DNA of 64,000 nt from assembly GCA_002706885.1 (NCBI GenBank), contig PAKY01000024.1:1774-65773 (forward strand), given 5' to 3'. This DNA is from Phycisphaerae bacterium (GTDB taxonomy: Bacteria > Planctomycetota > Phycisphaerae > Phycisphaerales > UBA1924). The translations under genes were made by a program, and so were the position numbers. The notes below the pieces were generated by a model. That model had not been told where the DNA came from. It searched no databases and was given only the letters and a program-made list of their open reading frames with translations. Positions 47,211 through 56,217 of this stretch are shown one piece after another; positions within the stretch are counted from its first letter, which is position 1; each line of letters opens with the position of its first letter.

Positions 47211-48203
47211 ATGTCGAGCCGTCGGTACATCCTCGCTCTAGCCGCCGGCTTCCTTGTGACGGCCGACGCCTCGACGACGTTCGCCGGACCGTTCGTCATC
47301 GAGTCCGAGGGGAAGTACCGCGTCGAGATCGCCGACGGCGATATCTACGCCGAAGCCACCTCAAACGTCCGCAGGAGCCAGGACTTCAGCGACGGCGACT
47401 TCTTCGGAGCGTCCGTTTTCGACGCCCCGGTCTTCCAGGACCTCGCCTCGATCGTTGACCGAGGCGACACCGCCTCCGCGTCCCTCGCCAGCGTCCTGCT
47501 AGAGATCGACCCGACGCAGGCGAAGATCTCCTTCGCGACTGACGCAGCGGCCGCGGTGTCGGAAGCCTTCGACAATTCAGCCATAGCGCAGGTCGCGATC
47601 GCCCTGCAGTTCACCGTTGAGACACTCGACAAGTCGTCCACCGCGACCGGCCCCTCGCTCTACATCCCCTACGCGGTCGCCGCGACCGAAAACGATCCCG
47701 AGCTGTTCACCGTCGAAGGCGCCTCTGCCTCGTTCGCCCTCTTCGGTCCGGGCATCGTGCAGGGAGTCTCTGTCGACGGCGACACGACGCCGCCTCACAC
47801 GCCCGCCGTGCTCGTCTACGAGAACCTCGCCGATGGCCTGTACGAGATCACGGTCTCGAGCGAAATCGGATTCAACGAACTCCAGGACGACGAGACCTTC
47901 GTCTACGCCGCCGCCGCGATCGTCCAACTCTGCTTCTTCGACGCCCCGCTCGATCCGATGGACCCCGAGTTCCCGCAGCCGCCGCCGCCACCGACGCTGC
48001 GCGACCCGCTCAACCAGGGCGGCCCCTGCTCCGACGCCGATCTCGCCAAGCCCTTCGGCGCCCTCGACATCGCCGACGTCGTCGCCTTCCTGAACCTCTT
48101 TGGCGCGATGGACCCCGCCGCCGATCTCGCCGCGCCATTCGGAACCTTTGACATCGCCGACGTCGTCACGTTCCTCAATCTCTTCGGCGCCGCCTGCCCC
48201 TGA
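47211..48203 (+). CDS. secreted protein of unknown fold with GC-type dockerin-like module
   Basis: ATG 47211 after GGAAGGAG. Signal peptide MSSRRYILALAAGFLVTADA. Pro-rich linker PEFPQPPPPPTL. Tail CSDADLAKPFGALDIADVVAFLNLFGAMDPAADLAAPFGTFDIADVVTFLNLFGAACP. Confidence 0.85.
   Translation: MSSRRYILALAAGFLVTADASTTFAGPFVIESEGKYRVEIADGDIYAEATSNVRRSQDFSDGDFFGASVFDAPVFQDLASIVDRGDTASASLASVLLEIDPTQAKISFATDAAAAVSEAFDNSAIAQVAIALQFTVETLDKSSTATGPSLYIPYAVAATENDPELFTVEGASASFALFGPGIVQGVSVDGDTTPPHTPAVLVYENLADGLYEITVSSEIGFNELQDDETFVYAAAAIVQLCFFDAPLDPMDPEFPQPPPPPTLRDPLNQGGPCSDADLAKPFGALDIADVVAFLNLFGAMDPAADLAAPFGTFDIADVVTFLNLFGAACP
48027..48200 (+). repeat. GC-type dockerin-like module, copy 3
   Basis: 58 codons, TGC at 48027 to the terminal ACP. 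Confidence 0.85.
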
Positions 48204-48753
48204 CGACTCGGGCTTGATCGCTCCCCAACTCAGGCGATTTTGAGGGGTATCGCAACCGCTGTGCGCAACATGCGCGACATGCGCATTCTTTTCGACGCGC
48301 CGCCTCGATTTGCCCGTACATTCACTCCGTCCCGCCCAAGCAACGCCGCTGACCCCGGCGATGGCGCCGCCCACGGAGAGAGTGACCGTGACAATCCAGA
48401 CGCTCTTGAGGACAGCGGCGATCGCCGCCGCAATCTGTGTCTTTGCGCCGATTTCCGCCAGCGGAGGCGTTCCGCGATGGACGCAACGAGATGACCGACC
48501 TCACAACAAGCTTGCAAGAGAGTTTGGCCTCGAACCTCTGAAGTTTCGAGGATCAGATCGGGAGAGGTTCTCGTACAATCGACCGAAGACTCGCTCCACG
48601 GTCGCCAGGCCAAAGTGGAGGGAGCCGACCGCCGCCGGGCACGGGGAGCCCGGCCCGTCTCGCCCTGGGACGGAGCGGCGCCACACGGCGCGGACGGTCG
48701 CCACAAGAACGGTCGATGCACGCAAGCATCACCGAAGAAAGCAGGACTCCGCC

Positions 48754-51150
48754 ATGCTCGCGATGCCCGCCACGTCACGCCAGGCCCTCGTTCCGGTCGC
48801 GTCGGTCTGCTGCGCCGTCGCCGCCGCATCCGGTCAGCCCTGCGCCGCGCCGATCTTCAGCGGCCAGATCGTCTCAACAGGCGATCAGCCGATCGCGACA
48901 GCTCAGGGCGACCTCAACGCCGACGGCCTGCCCGACCTCGTCGTCACGAACTTCGGATCGGGCGACGTCTCGGTCTGGCTCAACGCCGGCTTCGGCCAGT
49001 ACCCGCTGGGCGTCCGCTACCCCGTCGGCCAGTCGCCCCAGGGCGTCGCCATCGGCGACGTCAACGCCGACGGCGCCCCGGACCTCGTTGTCGCGAACCA
49101 GAGCGACGACACCATCAGCGTTCTCATCAACGACGGCGCCGCCTCGTTCGCCGAGGCGACATCGTTCGTCGCGGGCGACGGCGCCACGGCGGTCGCGCTT
49201 GCCGATGTCGATGGCGACGCCGACCTCGACGCGATCGTCGCGAACTACGTTGACGACACCGTGAGCGTCCTGCTCAACGACGGATCGGGTCTCTTCGGCG
49301 CCCCGACCGACACGGCCGTCGGCGCCCGACCGATCTCGATCGTCACGGGAGACCTCGACGCCGACGGCGACATCGACGCGGTCACCGCCAATGAAGCCAG
49401 CGGGGATGTCAGCGTGCTGCTCAACGACGGCGCGGGGGTCATGACCCTCGGCTCGACGGTCGCGGTCGGCCCGGGCCCGACATCCGCCACGCTCGCCGAC
49501 CTCGACGGCAACGGCTCGCTCGATCTCGCGGTGGCGAACTTTCAATCGGGCGGCGTGACCGTTCTGTCCAACAACGGCGGCGGCGCCTTCGGCGCCCCGA
49601 CGACTCTGGCGACGGACGCTTCGGCTTCGAGCGTGGTCGCCGCCGATCTCAACGGCGACGGCGCCGCGGACCTGATCGCGACCGACTTCGCGACCGCCGA
49701 GGCGATCGTTCTCCTGAACGATGGATCGGGTGGGTTCCAGGCGCCGTCTTCCTATTCGACCGGCGACGGCGCCGTGGGTCTATCGGTCGCTGACATCGAT
49801 GGCGATAGGGATGTGGATGTCGGGTTCGCCACGTTGACGAGGAAGCGCGCGGGTTTCCTCCGCGGAGACGGGACCGGATCGCTCGCTGAGCAGCGCGTCA
49901 TCGACGTCGACACAAGACTCACCGGCGTGGTCATCGCGGACTTCGATGATGATGGCTGGCCAGACGTGGCGGCCACGGCGAGGGATGATGGCGACGTGCG
50001 GCTGCTGCGGTCGATGGCAGGGGTCCTGGATCCGGTCGGCGTCGTCGGCGCCTTCTCGTCGCCGTTCAGACGGCTCCGCGCGGTCGATCTGAACGGCGAT
50101 GGCGCGACAGATCTGCTCTCCGCTGACGACCGTTTCGTCGACGGGCCGGTTGAGTTGCTCGTCAATGACGGTTCCGGCGGGTTCAAGGCCGCGGAGCCAA
50201 TTCTCGGTGATCTCGAGGTTGAGGAGTTCGATCTTGTCGACCTCGACGATGATGGCGACCTTGACTTCGTCGTCTACGCTGGTGACCGCCTCTACAGCTT
50301 TGAGAACGGGGACGACGGCGCCTTCGTTGAGCGTGAACTGACCGAGGTCTTGCCGCTGTCAAGTGCCTCCGTCGGCGGCATCCGCGTGGTCGATCTGGAC
50401 AACGACGGTCATCGCGATATTCTGGTCGGGTCGGTGAACAGCGTGCATGCTCTCTTTGCGGACGGGGCCGGTTCGTTTCTTCCGCTGGCCACGTTGTTCG
50501 AGGACGTCAGCGTGCCGTCGATCGATGTGGGAGATGTCGATGGCGACGGCGATCTGGACCTCGTCCGGACAGCCTGGAAGCAGCAGCGTCCGTTCCCGTT
50601 GCCGAACTCGATACCGGCCGGCGTCTATCTCCATCGAAACAACGGCTCCGGTCAGTTCGAGCCGGCTGAATATGTGGCTCCCTTCGAACACCCCGAGGAG
50701 ATCGAGCTGCGTGACCTCGATCGTGACGGCGACCTCGACATCGTGGTCGGCGCGACCTTCCTCTTTGAGGGTGACAACGGGGGCTTCGTCGCGACGCTTG
50801 TCAACGACGGCGGCGGTCAGTTTGGACTGACGAGTCAGGTGAACGCGCAGATTCTCTCGCTCAATTTCGCGATCGGTGATCTGAACGTCGATGGACGGCT
50901 CGACATGGTCGTGACGTCGAGCCAGTTTCCGAAGGCGTTCGTATCGACTGGCCTCTGTGTTGACGTGCCGCCGTGCTCGGCGGCGGACCTCGCCGTTCCG
51001 CTGGGCACGCTTGACATCGCGGACGTTGTCGGGTTCCTCCAGCTCTTCGGCGATCAGGATGCTTCGGCGGATTTGGGGGCGCCGGTGGGGGTGTTTGATA
51101 TTGCGGACGTGATTGCGTTCCTGCAGGTGTTTGGCGCGGGGTGTCCCTGA
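48754..51150 (+). CDS. secreted FG-GAP/VCBS-repeat (integrin-alpha-like) protein with GC-type dockerin-like module
   Basis: More than 10 repeats of the type GDLNADGLPDLVVTNFGSGDVSVWLN / GDVNADGAPDLVVANQSDDTISVLIN. Tail CSAADLAVPLGTLDIADVVGFLQLFGDQDASADLGAPVGVFDIADVIAFLQVFGAGCP. Start set at ATG 48754 (MLAMPATSRQALVPVASVCCAVAAASG). The frame is open back to 48310 (see findings). Confidence 0.85.
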   Translation: MLAMPATSRQALVPVASVCCAVAAASGQPCAAPIFSGQIVSTGDQPIATAQGDLNADGLPDLVVTNFGSGDVSVWLNAGFGQYPLGVRYPVGQSPQGVAIGDVNADGAPDLVVANQSDDTISVLINDGAASFAEATSFVAGDGATAVALADVDGDADLDAIVANYVDDTVSVLLNDGSGLFGAPTDTAVGARPISIVTGDLDADGDIDAVTANEASGDVSVLLNDGAGVMTLGSTVAVGPGPTSATLADLDGNGSLDLAVANFQSGGVTVLSNNGGGAFGAPTTLATDASASSVVAADLNGDGAADLIATDFATAEAIVLLNDGSGGFQAPSSYSTGDGAVGLSVADIDGDRDVDVGFATLTRKRAGFLRGDGTGSLAEQRVIDVDTRLTGVVIADFDDDGWPDVAATARDDGDVRLLRSMAGVLDPVGVVGAFSSPFRRLRAVDLNGDGATDLLSADDRFVDGPVELLVNDGSGGFKAAEPILGDLEVEEFDLVDLDDDGDLDFVVYAGDRLYSFENGDDGAFVERELTEVLPLSSASVGGIRVVDLDNDGHRDILVGSVNSVHALFADGAGSFLPLATLFEDVSVPSIDVGDVDGDGDLDLVRTAWKQQRPFPLPNSIPAGVYLHRNNGSGQFEPAEYVAPFEHPEEIELRDLDRDGDLDIVVGATFLFEGDNGGFVATLVNDGGGQFGLTSQVNAQILSLNFAIGDLNVDGRLDMVVTSSQFPKAFVSTGLCVDVPPCSAADLAVPLGTLDIADVVGFLQLFGDQDASADLGAPVGVFDIADVIAFLQVFGAGCP
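50974..51147 (+). repeat. GC-type dockerin-like module, copy 4
   Basis: 58 codons, TGC at 50974 to the terminal GCP. Confidence 0.85.
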
Positions 51151-51246
51151 GTGGTGTCGCTCTGGGGTCTGCCTGCATCCGGTCCTCCACATGGGGCGGC
51201 GGATGGGCGCTTTCGTCCGTCGCCCTCTTTCTCCCTACGCTTGGGC

Positions 51247-51951
51247 ATGTCCGAGGAAATGACCATCCGCGTCAACTTCTCGCGGCCCATGCCGATCTTC
51301 CCGCTGAGCGGGGTGGTTCTTCTTCCACAACAGGTTCTTCCGCTGCACATCTTCGAAGAGCGGTACCGCCAGATGACGCGGATCGCGTTGGATAGCGCGG
51401 GGCAGATCGCGATGGCGGTGATGAAGCCCGGCGCGGAGTCGGACGACCCGACGCTGCCGCCGATCATGCCCGCGGTGTGCGTGGGTCAGATCGAGCAGCA
51501 CGAGTCGCGTCCGGACGGGACGTACAACGTGCTCTTGCGCGGGGTGTGCCGTGCGAAGGTTCTGGAGGAGTTTCGTCCCGACGGCGAGCGGCTGTACCGC
51601 GAAGCGATGCTCCAGCCGCTCGGGGTGGAGAGCACGCCCGGGGAGCCGGCGGAGCGGCTGCGGTCTTGGATCGAGGACGTTCTGGGGGACGGGCCGCTGA
51701 GTCACCTGACGGTCGCCGAGCACGTCCGGGAGCTGGTGGCGAACGACGAGATGCCGACGGGGGCGGTGCTCGAACTCGTGTCGTTCGCGGTGCTGAGCGA
51801 CGCGTCGATCCGGTACAGGCTGCTTTCGGAGGGGGACGCCGATACGAGGGCGAGCATCCTGCGGGGCGGTCTGGAGGATCTGGGCGAGATGATCGAGCGG
51901 GCGCTGCTCCAGCGTCCGGACGAGTGGCCGAAGGGCTGTAGCTGGAACTGA
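51247..51951 (+). CDS. LON N-terminal (substrate-binding) domain protein
   Basis: MPIFPLSGVVLLPQQVLPLHIFEERYRQM is the typical Lon N-domain start. No ATPase or protease part. Confidence 0.85.
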   Translation: MSEEMTIRVNFSRPMPIFPLSGVVLLPQQVLPLHIFEERYRQMTRIALDSAGQIAMAVMKPGAESDDPTLPPIMPAVCVGQIEQHESRPDGTYNVLLRGVCRAKVLEEFRPDGERLYREAMLQPLGVESTPGEPAERLRSWIEDVLGDGPLSHLTVAEHVRELVANDEMPTGAVLELVSFAVLSDASIRYRLLSEGDADTRASILRGGLEDLGEMIERALLQRPDEWPKGCSWN

Positions 51952-52179
51952 GACGCCGCCGATGGTGGGTGGGCTCGTTCGGTGGCGGGATCCGGGGCCG
52001 TGAGCGCGGCTGCGGTGCATCCGTGACGCTCCGAGCCGGTGTACGCTTCATGGGCGGGCTTTCCGCGGAACGGAAGGCGGCGGCCCGGCGTCCAGCGAGG
52101 TTCGAGACTCGCGGAGGCCTGGAACAATTCATGCTCGGGCGGTGTTCAGTCACGTGTGAACCGCCCGAAGGAGGCCACG

Positions 52180-52668
52180 ATGTCACAGGTCGCTCTCAGC
52201 AAGGTCAGCGCTCCCACCCGTCGCACGAAGCGACTCGGCGCGTTTCGCGCCCTGACGCTGAGCATGGCGACCGGTGGCTTGATCCTCGGTGGTTGCAGCA
52301 ACGCGGGCGAGGGCGCGGTGAGCGGCACGCTGCTCGGCGCGGGCTCGGGCGCGGCGATCGGTTCGTTGACCGGATCTGCTGGCAAGGGCGCGATCATCGG
52401 CGCCATCGCGGGCGGCCTCGGCGGCGCAATCCTGGGTGACCAGAACCAGCGGAAGGACAGCCGGGCGCGTCAGACGCGTTACAACGACCGCTCGCGTGAC
52501 TACGAGTACCGCGAGTATCGGGAGTACCGCGACGACCGTCCGTACAGCCAGCCGCAGCCGGAGTACTACGAGCGGAGCGACAGCCACTACGAGCGTCGCG
52601 ACGACGGGTACTACGAGCGGACGTACGAGCGCGAGGTTGAGCGTCGGTACGAGCCCGACTGCCGCTGA
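52180..52668 (+). CDS. glycine-zipper lipoprotein with Arg/Tyr/Glu-rich low-complexity tail
   Basis: ATG 52180 after GGAGG. Lipobox LILGGCS. Gly-zipper GTLLGAGSGAAIGSLTGSAGKGAIIGAIAGGLGGAILG. Tail RDYEYREYREYRDDRPY..EYYERSDSHYERRDDGYYERTYEREVERRYE. Confidence 0.75.
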   Translation: MSQVALSKVSAPTRRTKRLGAFRALTLSMATGGLILGGCSNAGEGAVSGTLLGAGSGAAIGSLTGSAGKGAIIGAIAGGLGGAILGDQNQRKDSRARQTRYNDRSRDYEYREYREYRDDRPYSQPQPEYYERSDSHYERRDDGYYERTYEREVERRYEPDCR

Positions 52669-52687
52669 GTGATCGCCGTCGCGGCGT

Positions 52688-53431
52688 TCAGAACGACCAC
52701 TTGTTGTCGAACGGATCGGGCCGCCTGATGTCGTCGGGCGGCTCGCTTTGTGACGCCTCGAGCGCGGCGGCCTCGAGGGCCTGATGCAGCTTCTCGTGGT
52801 CGGGGCAGGCTTCGAGCTTTTCGACGAGTTCTTCGACGCGCCACCAGGGGTGGAGGTCGGCGGCTACGGACGCGATCGCGGCGTCGCCGAGCGCTTCTGC
52901 GGCGTCTTCAAACCACTCGAGCGTCGGGGGCGGGTCGCCCATGTAGCGGTCGCGGGAGACGCGGATCGGGTCGCGCTCGAGTTCGACGGGCGGATCGACC
53001 TGCGTGCGGACGACGACGCGTCCGACGCCGACGACGGGCCAGCGTCCCTTGAGCGTGAGCGGTTCGCGAGTGAGGACGAAGGCGGGGGTCTTGGTGCGTT
53101 CGCCCGCGAGTCGGAGGGAGCGGGCGTCGGCGCCGATCATGGGCGGCTGGAGGAGGTAGCAGCCCGGCTCGAGTCGGGAGGGGATCTCCTCGGGTGAACT
53201 GACGACTCGGATGACGCGGGTATCGGTCGCGAGTTGTCTGATCTGGCGTCGGCCTTCCTGGAGGGGGAGGCAGATGCGGGAGAGGCGTTCGAAGTCATGG
53301 GCCTGGAGCGCGCGGAGCATCGCCCGCGTGCAGAGTGACACGGCGTCGAAGTAGCGCGTTTCGACGAGGGCCACGCTTGCGTGGTCCATCATCTCGTCGA
53401 TCTGCGCGATCGCCCGCTCCGTCCCGTCCAC
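52688..53431 (-). CDS. hypothetical protein
   Basis: GTG 53431 after GGGGAGGGG, good GC3, no recognisable motif. Last gene of the minus-strand run 55660->52688. Confidence 0.65.
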   Translation of the reverse strand: MDGTERAIAQIDEMMDHASVALVETRYFDAVSLCTRAMLRALQAHDFERLSRICLPLQEGRRQIRQLATDTRVIRVVSSPEEIPSRLEPGCYLLQPPMIGADARSLRLAGERTKTPAFVLTREPLTLKGRWPVVGVGRVVVRTQVDPPVELERDPIRVSRDRYMGDPPPTLEWFEDAAEALGDAAIASVAADLHPWWRVEELVEKLEACPDHEKLHQALEAAALEASQSEPPDDIRRPDPFDNKWSF

Positions 53432-53464
53432 GGCCCCTCCCCGTGCAAACGCCCTCGCCCTCGG

Positions 53465-54109
53465 TCACGATCCCGCGCCGCCCGACCCTGTCTGGCCCGT
53501 TCGGGCACGATCGGCCATGGCGTTGAGCAGCGCCTTCCAGGCCTCGACCTCGTCGTCCATATCGAAGCCGAAGAGATCGCTGACCGCGGCCCAATCGTTG
53601 GACTGGATCGCGGTCGCGGCTTCGACGAGTCGCTTCTGTAGCGAGACGATGCAGCTCCCGCCGTCCCGACCCTTGCCGTCTACGTCGAAGGCGACGGAGG
53701 CGGGGTCGAGGCCGAGGAGCATGCCCGACTTGCTGACCACGTCGCCGACGACCTGCCAGGTCGAGAGGGCGCCGTGGAGGAGTTGGCGGGCGGTGTCCTG
53801 GTCGCCACGGTCCAGGGCGGCGGCGGCTTCGCGCTGGCGGGCGGCGGCCTCGTCGAGGGCGTCGGCGGCGTCGCGGAGGGTGACCTCGATGAGGGCGACC
53901 TTGTCGGTCGAGACGAAGCGGATCTCCTCGAAGCCGCCCGCGTCGGCGGGGGGGGCGTCGAGGGTGTCGTTGGAGAGCGGCTCGCCGTCGCCGACGGCCT
54001 CGATGACGATGCGGTGCTCGCGTTCGGCTTCCTGACGGGCGGTCTGGAGGGCGCAGCGGACGCTTTGCTCCTCGAGTGTGAGCGGCCTGTTATCCAGCAA
54101 CGCGCGCAT
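53465..54109 (-). CDS. hypothetical acidic protein
   Basis: ATG 54109 overlaps the upstream gene's end by 20 nt. Good GC3, no recognisable motif. Confidence 0.65.
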   Translation of the reverse strand: MRALLDNRPLTLEEQSVRCALQTARQEAEREHRIVIEAVGDGEPLSNDTLDAPPADAGGFEEIRFVSTDKVALIEVTLRDAADALDEAAARQREAAAALDRGDQDTARQLLHGALSTWQVVGDVVSKSGMLLGLDPASVAFDVDGKGRDGGSCIVSLQKRLVEAATAIQSNDWAAVSDLFGFDMDDEVEAWKALLNAMADRARTGQTGSGGAGS

Positions 54110-54782
54110 GTGTCGCTCCTTCCGGTCCGAGGGCGGGCTCGTCGTCGGACGGTGATGGAATCGGGGCGGGGTTGGCGGCCGCCTGCCTTGCCTGCCTGCG
54201 GCGCTGCTTGCGGATGAGGCGGAGGTTGCGGGCGTAGATGACGATGCCCGTGGACTGTCCGAGGACGCCGACGATGTCGACGCGCCAGACGAAGTAGGTG
54301 AAGAGGCTGACGCCGCCGATGAGGCTGAGCCACCAGAAGGCTTCGGGGACGATCGACTCGCCGCGCTTCTCGCTCATGATCCACTGGGCGAGCATGCGGC
54401 CGAAGAAGGCGGCCTGGCCGAGGAGGCCGACGGCGACCCAGATGAAGTTGAACCAGCTCGTGATGTTGAAGAAGCCGAGGAGGGTTCTTTCGATGGCGGG
54501 CAGCGAGCGCCAAGCTTCCATGCGTTCGGTGATGACGGCGTCGAACTCGGCGCCGCTGATCCAGCCGAGTTCGCGGAGGTCGGCGCTGCCTTCGAAGTGG
54601 TATTCGGCGCCTGCGCCGTCGGTTCCCGGGCGTTGCTCGACCATGACGTTGCGGGAGCCGAGGACCATCTCGAAGCGGTAGGCGTCGGGGTCGATCGGCG
54701 CCTGCTTCGCCTGCGCCTGTAGGACGAGCCACACGCCCACGAAGAGGAGGGCGACCATTGCCAGGACTGGTCCGGGCTTCAA
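54090..54782 (-). CDS. membrane protein with lipid-A-disaccharide-synthase N-terminal (LAB_N) domain
   Basis: VGLLGQAAFFGRMLAQWIMSEKRGESIVPEAFWWLSLIGGVSLFTYFVWRVDIVGVLGQSTGIVIYARNL matches the LAB_N pattern from memory. TTG 54782 overlaps the GT2 stop; an alternative ATG is at 54758. Confidence 0.75.
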   Translation of the reverse strand: MKPGPVLAMVALLFVGVWLVLQAQAKQAPIDPDAYRFEMVLGSRNVMVEQRPGTDGAGAEYHFEGSADLRELGWISGAEFDAVITERMEAWRSLPAIERTLLGFFNITSWFNFIWVAVGLLGQAAFFGRMLAQWIMSEKRGESIVPEAFWWLSLIGGVSLFTYFVWRVDIVGVLGQSTGIVIYARNLRLIRKQRRRQARQAAANPAPIPSPSDDEPALGPEGATHARVAG

Positions 54783-55660
54783 CCGGCGGCCTCCGCGTAG
54801 GTCGGTTCGGGGCGGGCGTCGGGGCGCGTCGCGGGGGTCGTCGTGGCCAGCGGGCGGGCGACTTCCTCGGCGGTCACCGGGCGGCGGCGTTTGCCCATCC
54901 AGCGTGCGGCGAAGCAGTCAATGAGGCCCGGGAGGGCGCGCTTCATGACGCCTGCGCCGTACTTGGTCTCTCCGGAGTGGCGGTGGTGGTGGGCGACGGG
55001 GAGTTCGACGACGGTGTAGCCGAGCTGGCGGGCCGTGATGGGGATGAAGCGGTGCATGCCCTTGAACTCGAGGGGGAGGGCGAGGGCGATTTCGCGCTTC
55101 ATGACGCGGAGGGAGCAGCCGGTGTCGCGGATGGTGTCGCCGAGGAGCGTGCGGCGGAAGAGGCGGCCGACGATGGAGCCGATCTGGCGGATCTTGGCGT
55201 CGCCCTGGGTGCGGGCGGCGGAGCGGTCGCCCTGGACGAAGTCGGCGCCCGTGCGTTCGAGCTCGGTGAGGAGGCGGGGGAGGTCGGCGGGGTCATTCTG
55301 GAGGTCGGCGTCGAGGCTGGCGATGAGGCGGCCTCGGGCGGCGCGGAAGCCAGCGTGGAAGGCGGCGGACTGGCCGTTGCCCGAACCCGCAGGGGTCTTT
55401 GTCATCGCGACGCAGCGGAACCAGGGGTGGGTCTCGGCGAGGGCCTTGGCGCGGTCGCGGGTGGCGTCGGTGGAGCCGTCATCGACGAGGAGGAACTCCC
55501 ACTGGCCGCCCGGGAGATCGGCGAGGGCGGCGTGGACGCTGGTCGCGAGCGGTTCGACGTTGTCCTGCTCGTTGTGAGCGGGCGCAACGACGGTGAGCAT
55601 GATCGATTCGTCGTCGATTCGGTGATCTGCGCACGCTCGGGCGGCGGTGGGGTCCCCCAT
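54779..55660 (-). CDS. family-2 glycosyltransferase (polyprenyl-phosphate sugar transferase-like)
   Basis: LTVVAPAHNEQDNV, LLVDDGSTDATRD, LDADLQNDP, DTGCSLRVMKRE. Start ATG 55660 (or the internal MLTVV). Confidence 0.9.
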   Translation of the reverse strand: MGDPTAARACADHRIDDESIMLTVVAPAHNEQDNVEPLATSVHAALADLPGGQWEFLLVDDGSTDATRDRAKALAETHPWFRCVAMTKTPAGSGNGQSAAFHAGFRAARGRLIASLDADLQNDPADLPRLLTELERTGADFVQGDRSAARTQGDAKIRQIGSIVGRLFRRTLLGDTIRDTGCSLRVMKREIALALPLEFKGMHRFIPITARQLGYTVVELPVAHHHRHSGETKYGAGVMKRALPGLIDCFAARWMGKRRRPVTAEEVARPLATTTPATRPDARPEPTYAEAAG

Positions 55661-55812
55661 ATGACACGAGTCTAGCCGTCCACGGGCGGGAATCGGTGGA
55701 ATCGGGGGTGTTCGCAGGGCTTGCGGCGGCGTCGGGCGGGCGGGGTGGACGGCGCGGTACCGAGGGTCGAATGATTCCAAACGCGCGATCTTCAGGACAA
55801 AGGAGCTACGCC

Positions 55813-56217
55813 ATGCACCTCAAGCACTCTGATCATGACCACGGCCCACCGACGGTGCCGGTGAAATTCATCCTCGAATCGCCCGAGGACGTGAACGAGG
55901 ACGGGTCGGACAAGGCCGAGCACGAGCTGATGGCGGCGAAGGGTGAGCACCTGCTCGAGGTGGCCGTGGAGCACGGGATCAACATCGAGCACGCGTGCGG
56001 GGGTGTGTGCGCGTGTTCGACGTGCCATGTCTACATCGATGAGGGGATGGACAGCCTGAGCGAGCCGACCGAGGACGAGGACGACCGCGTCGAGGAGGCG
56101 CCCGGGCTGGAGCGGAACAGCAGGCTGAGCTGCCAGTGCGACGTGATCGGGGACGGGCCGATCGTGGTTCGGGTGCCGGCGTGGAATCGGAACGCGATCA
56201 AGGAAGTGCCGCACTGA
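55813..56217 (+). CDS. 2Fe-2S ferredoxin (adrenodoxin/Fdx type)
   Basis: ATG 55813 after AGGAG. Cys ligand pattern ACGGVCACSTCHVYI ... SRLSCQ. Confidence 0.9.
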   Translation: MHLKHSDHDHGPPTVPVKFILESPEDVNEDGSDKAEHELMAAKGEHLLEVAVEHGINIEHACGGVCACSTCHVYIDEGMDSLSEPTEDEDDRVEEAPGLERNSRLSCQCDVIGDGPIVVRVPAWNRNAIKEVPH

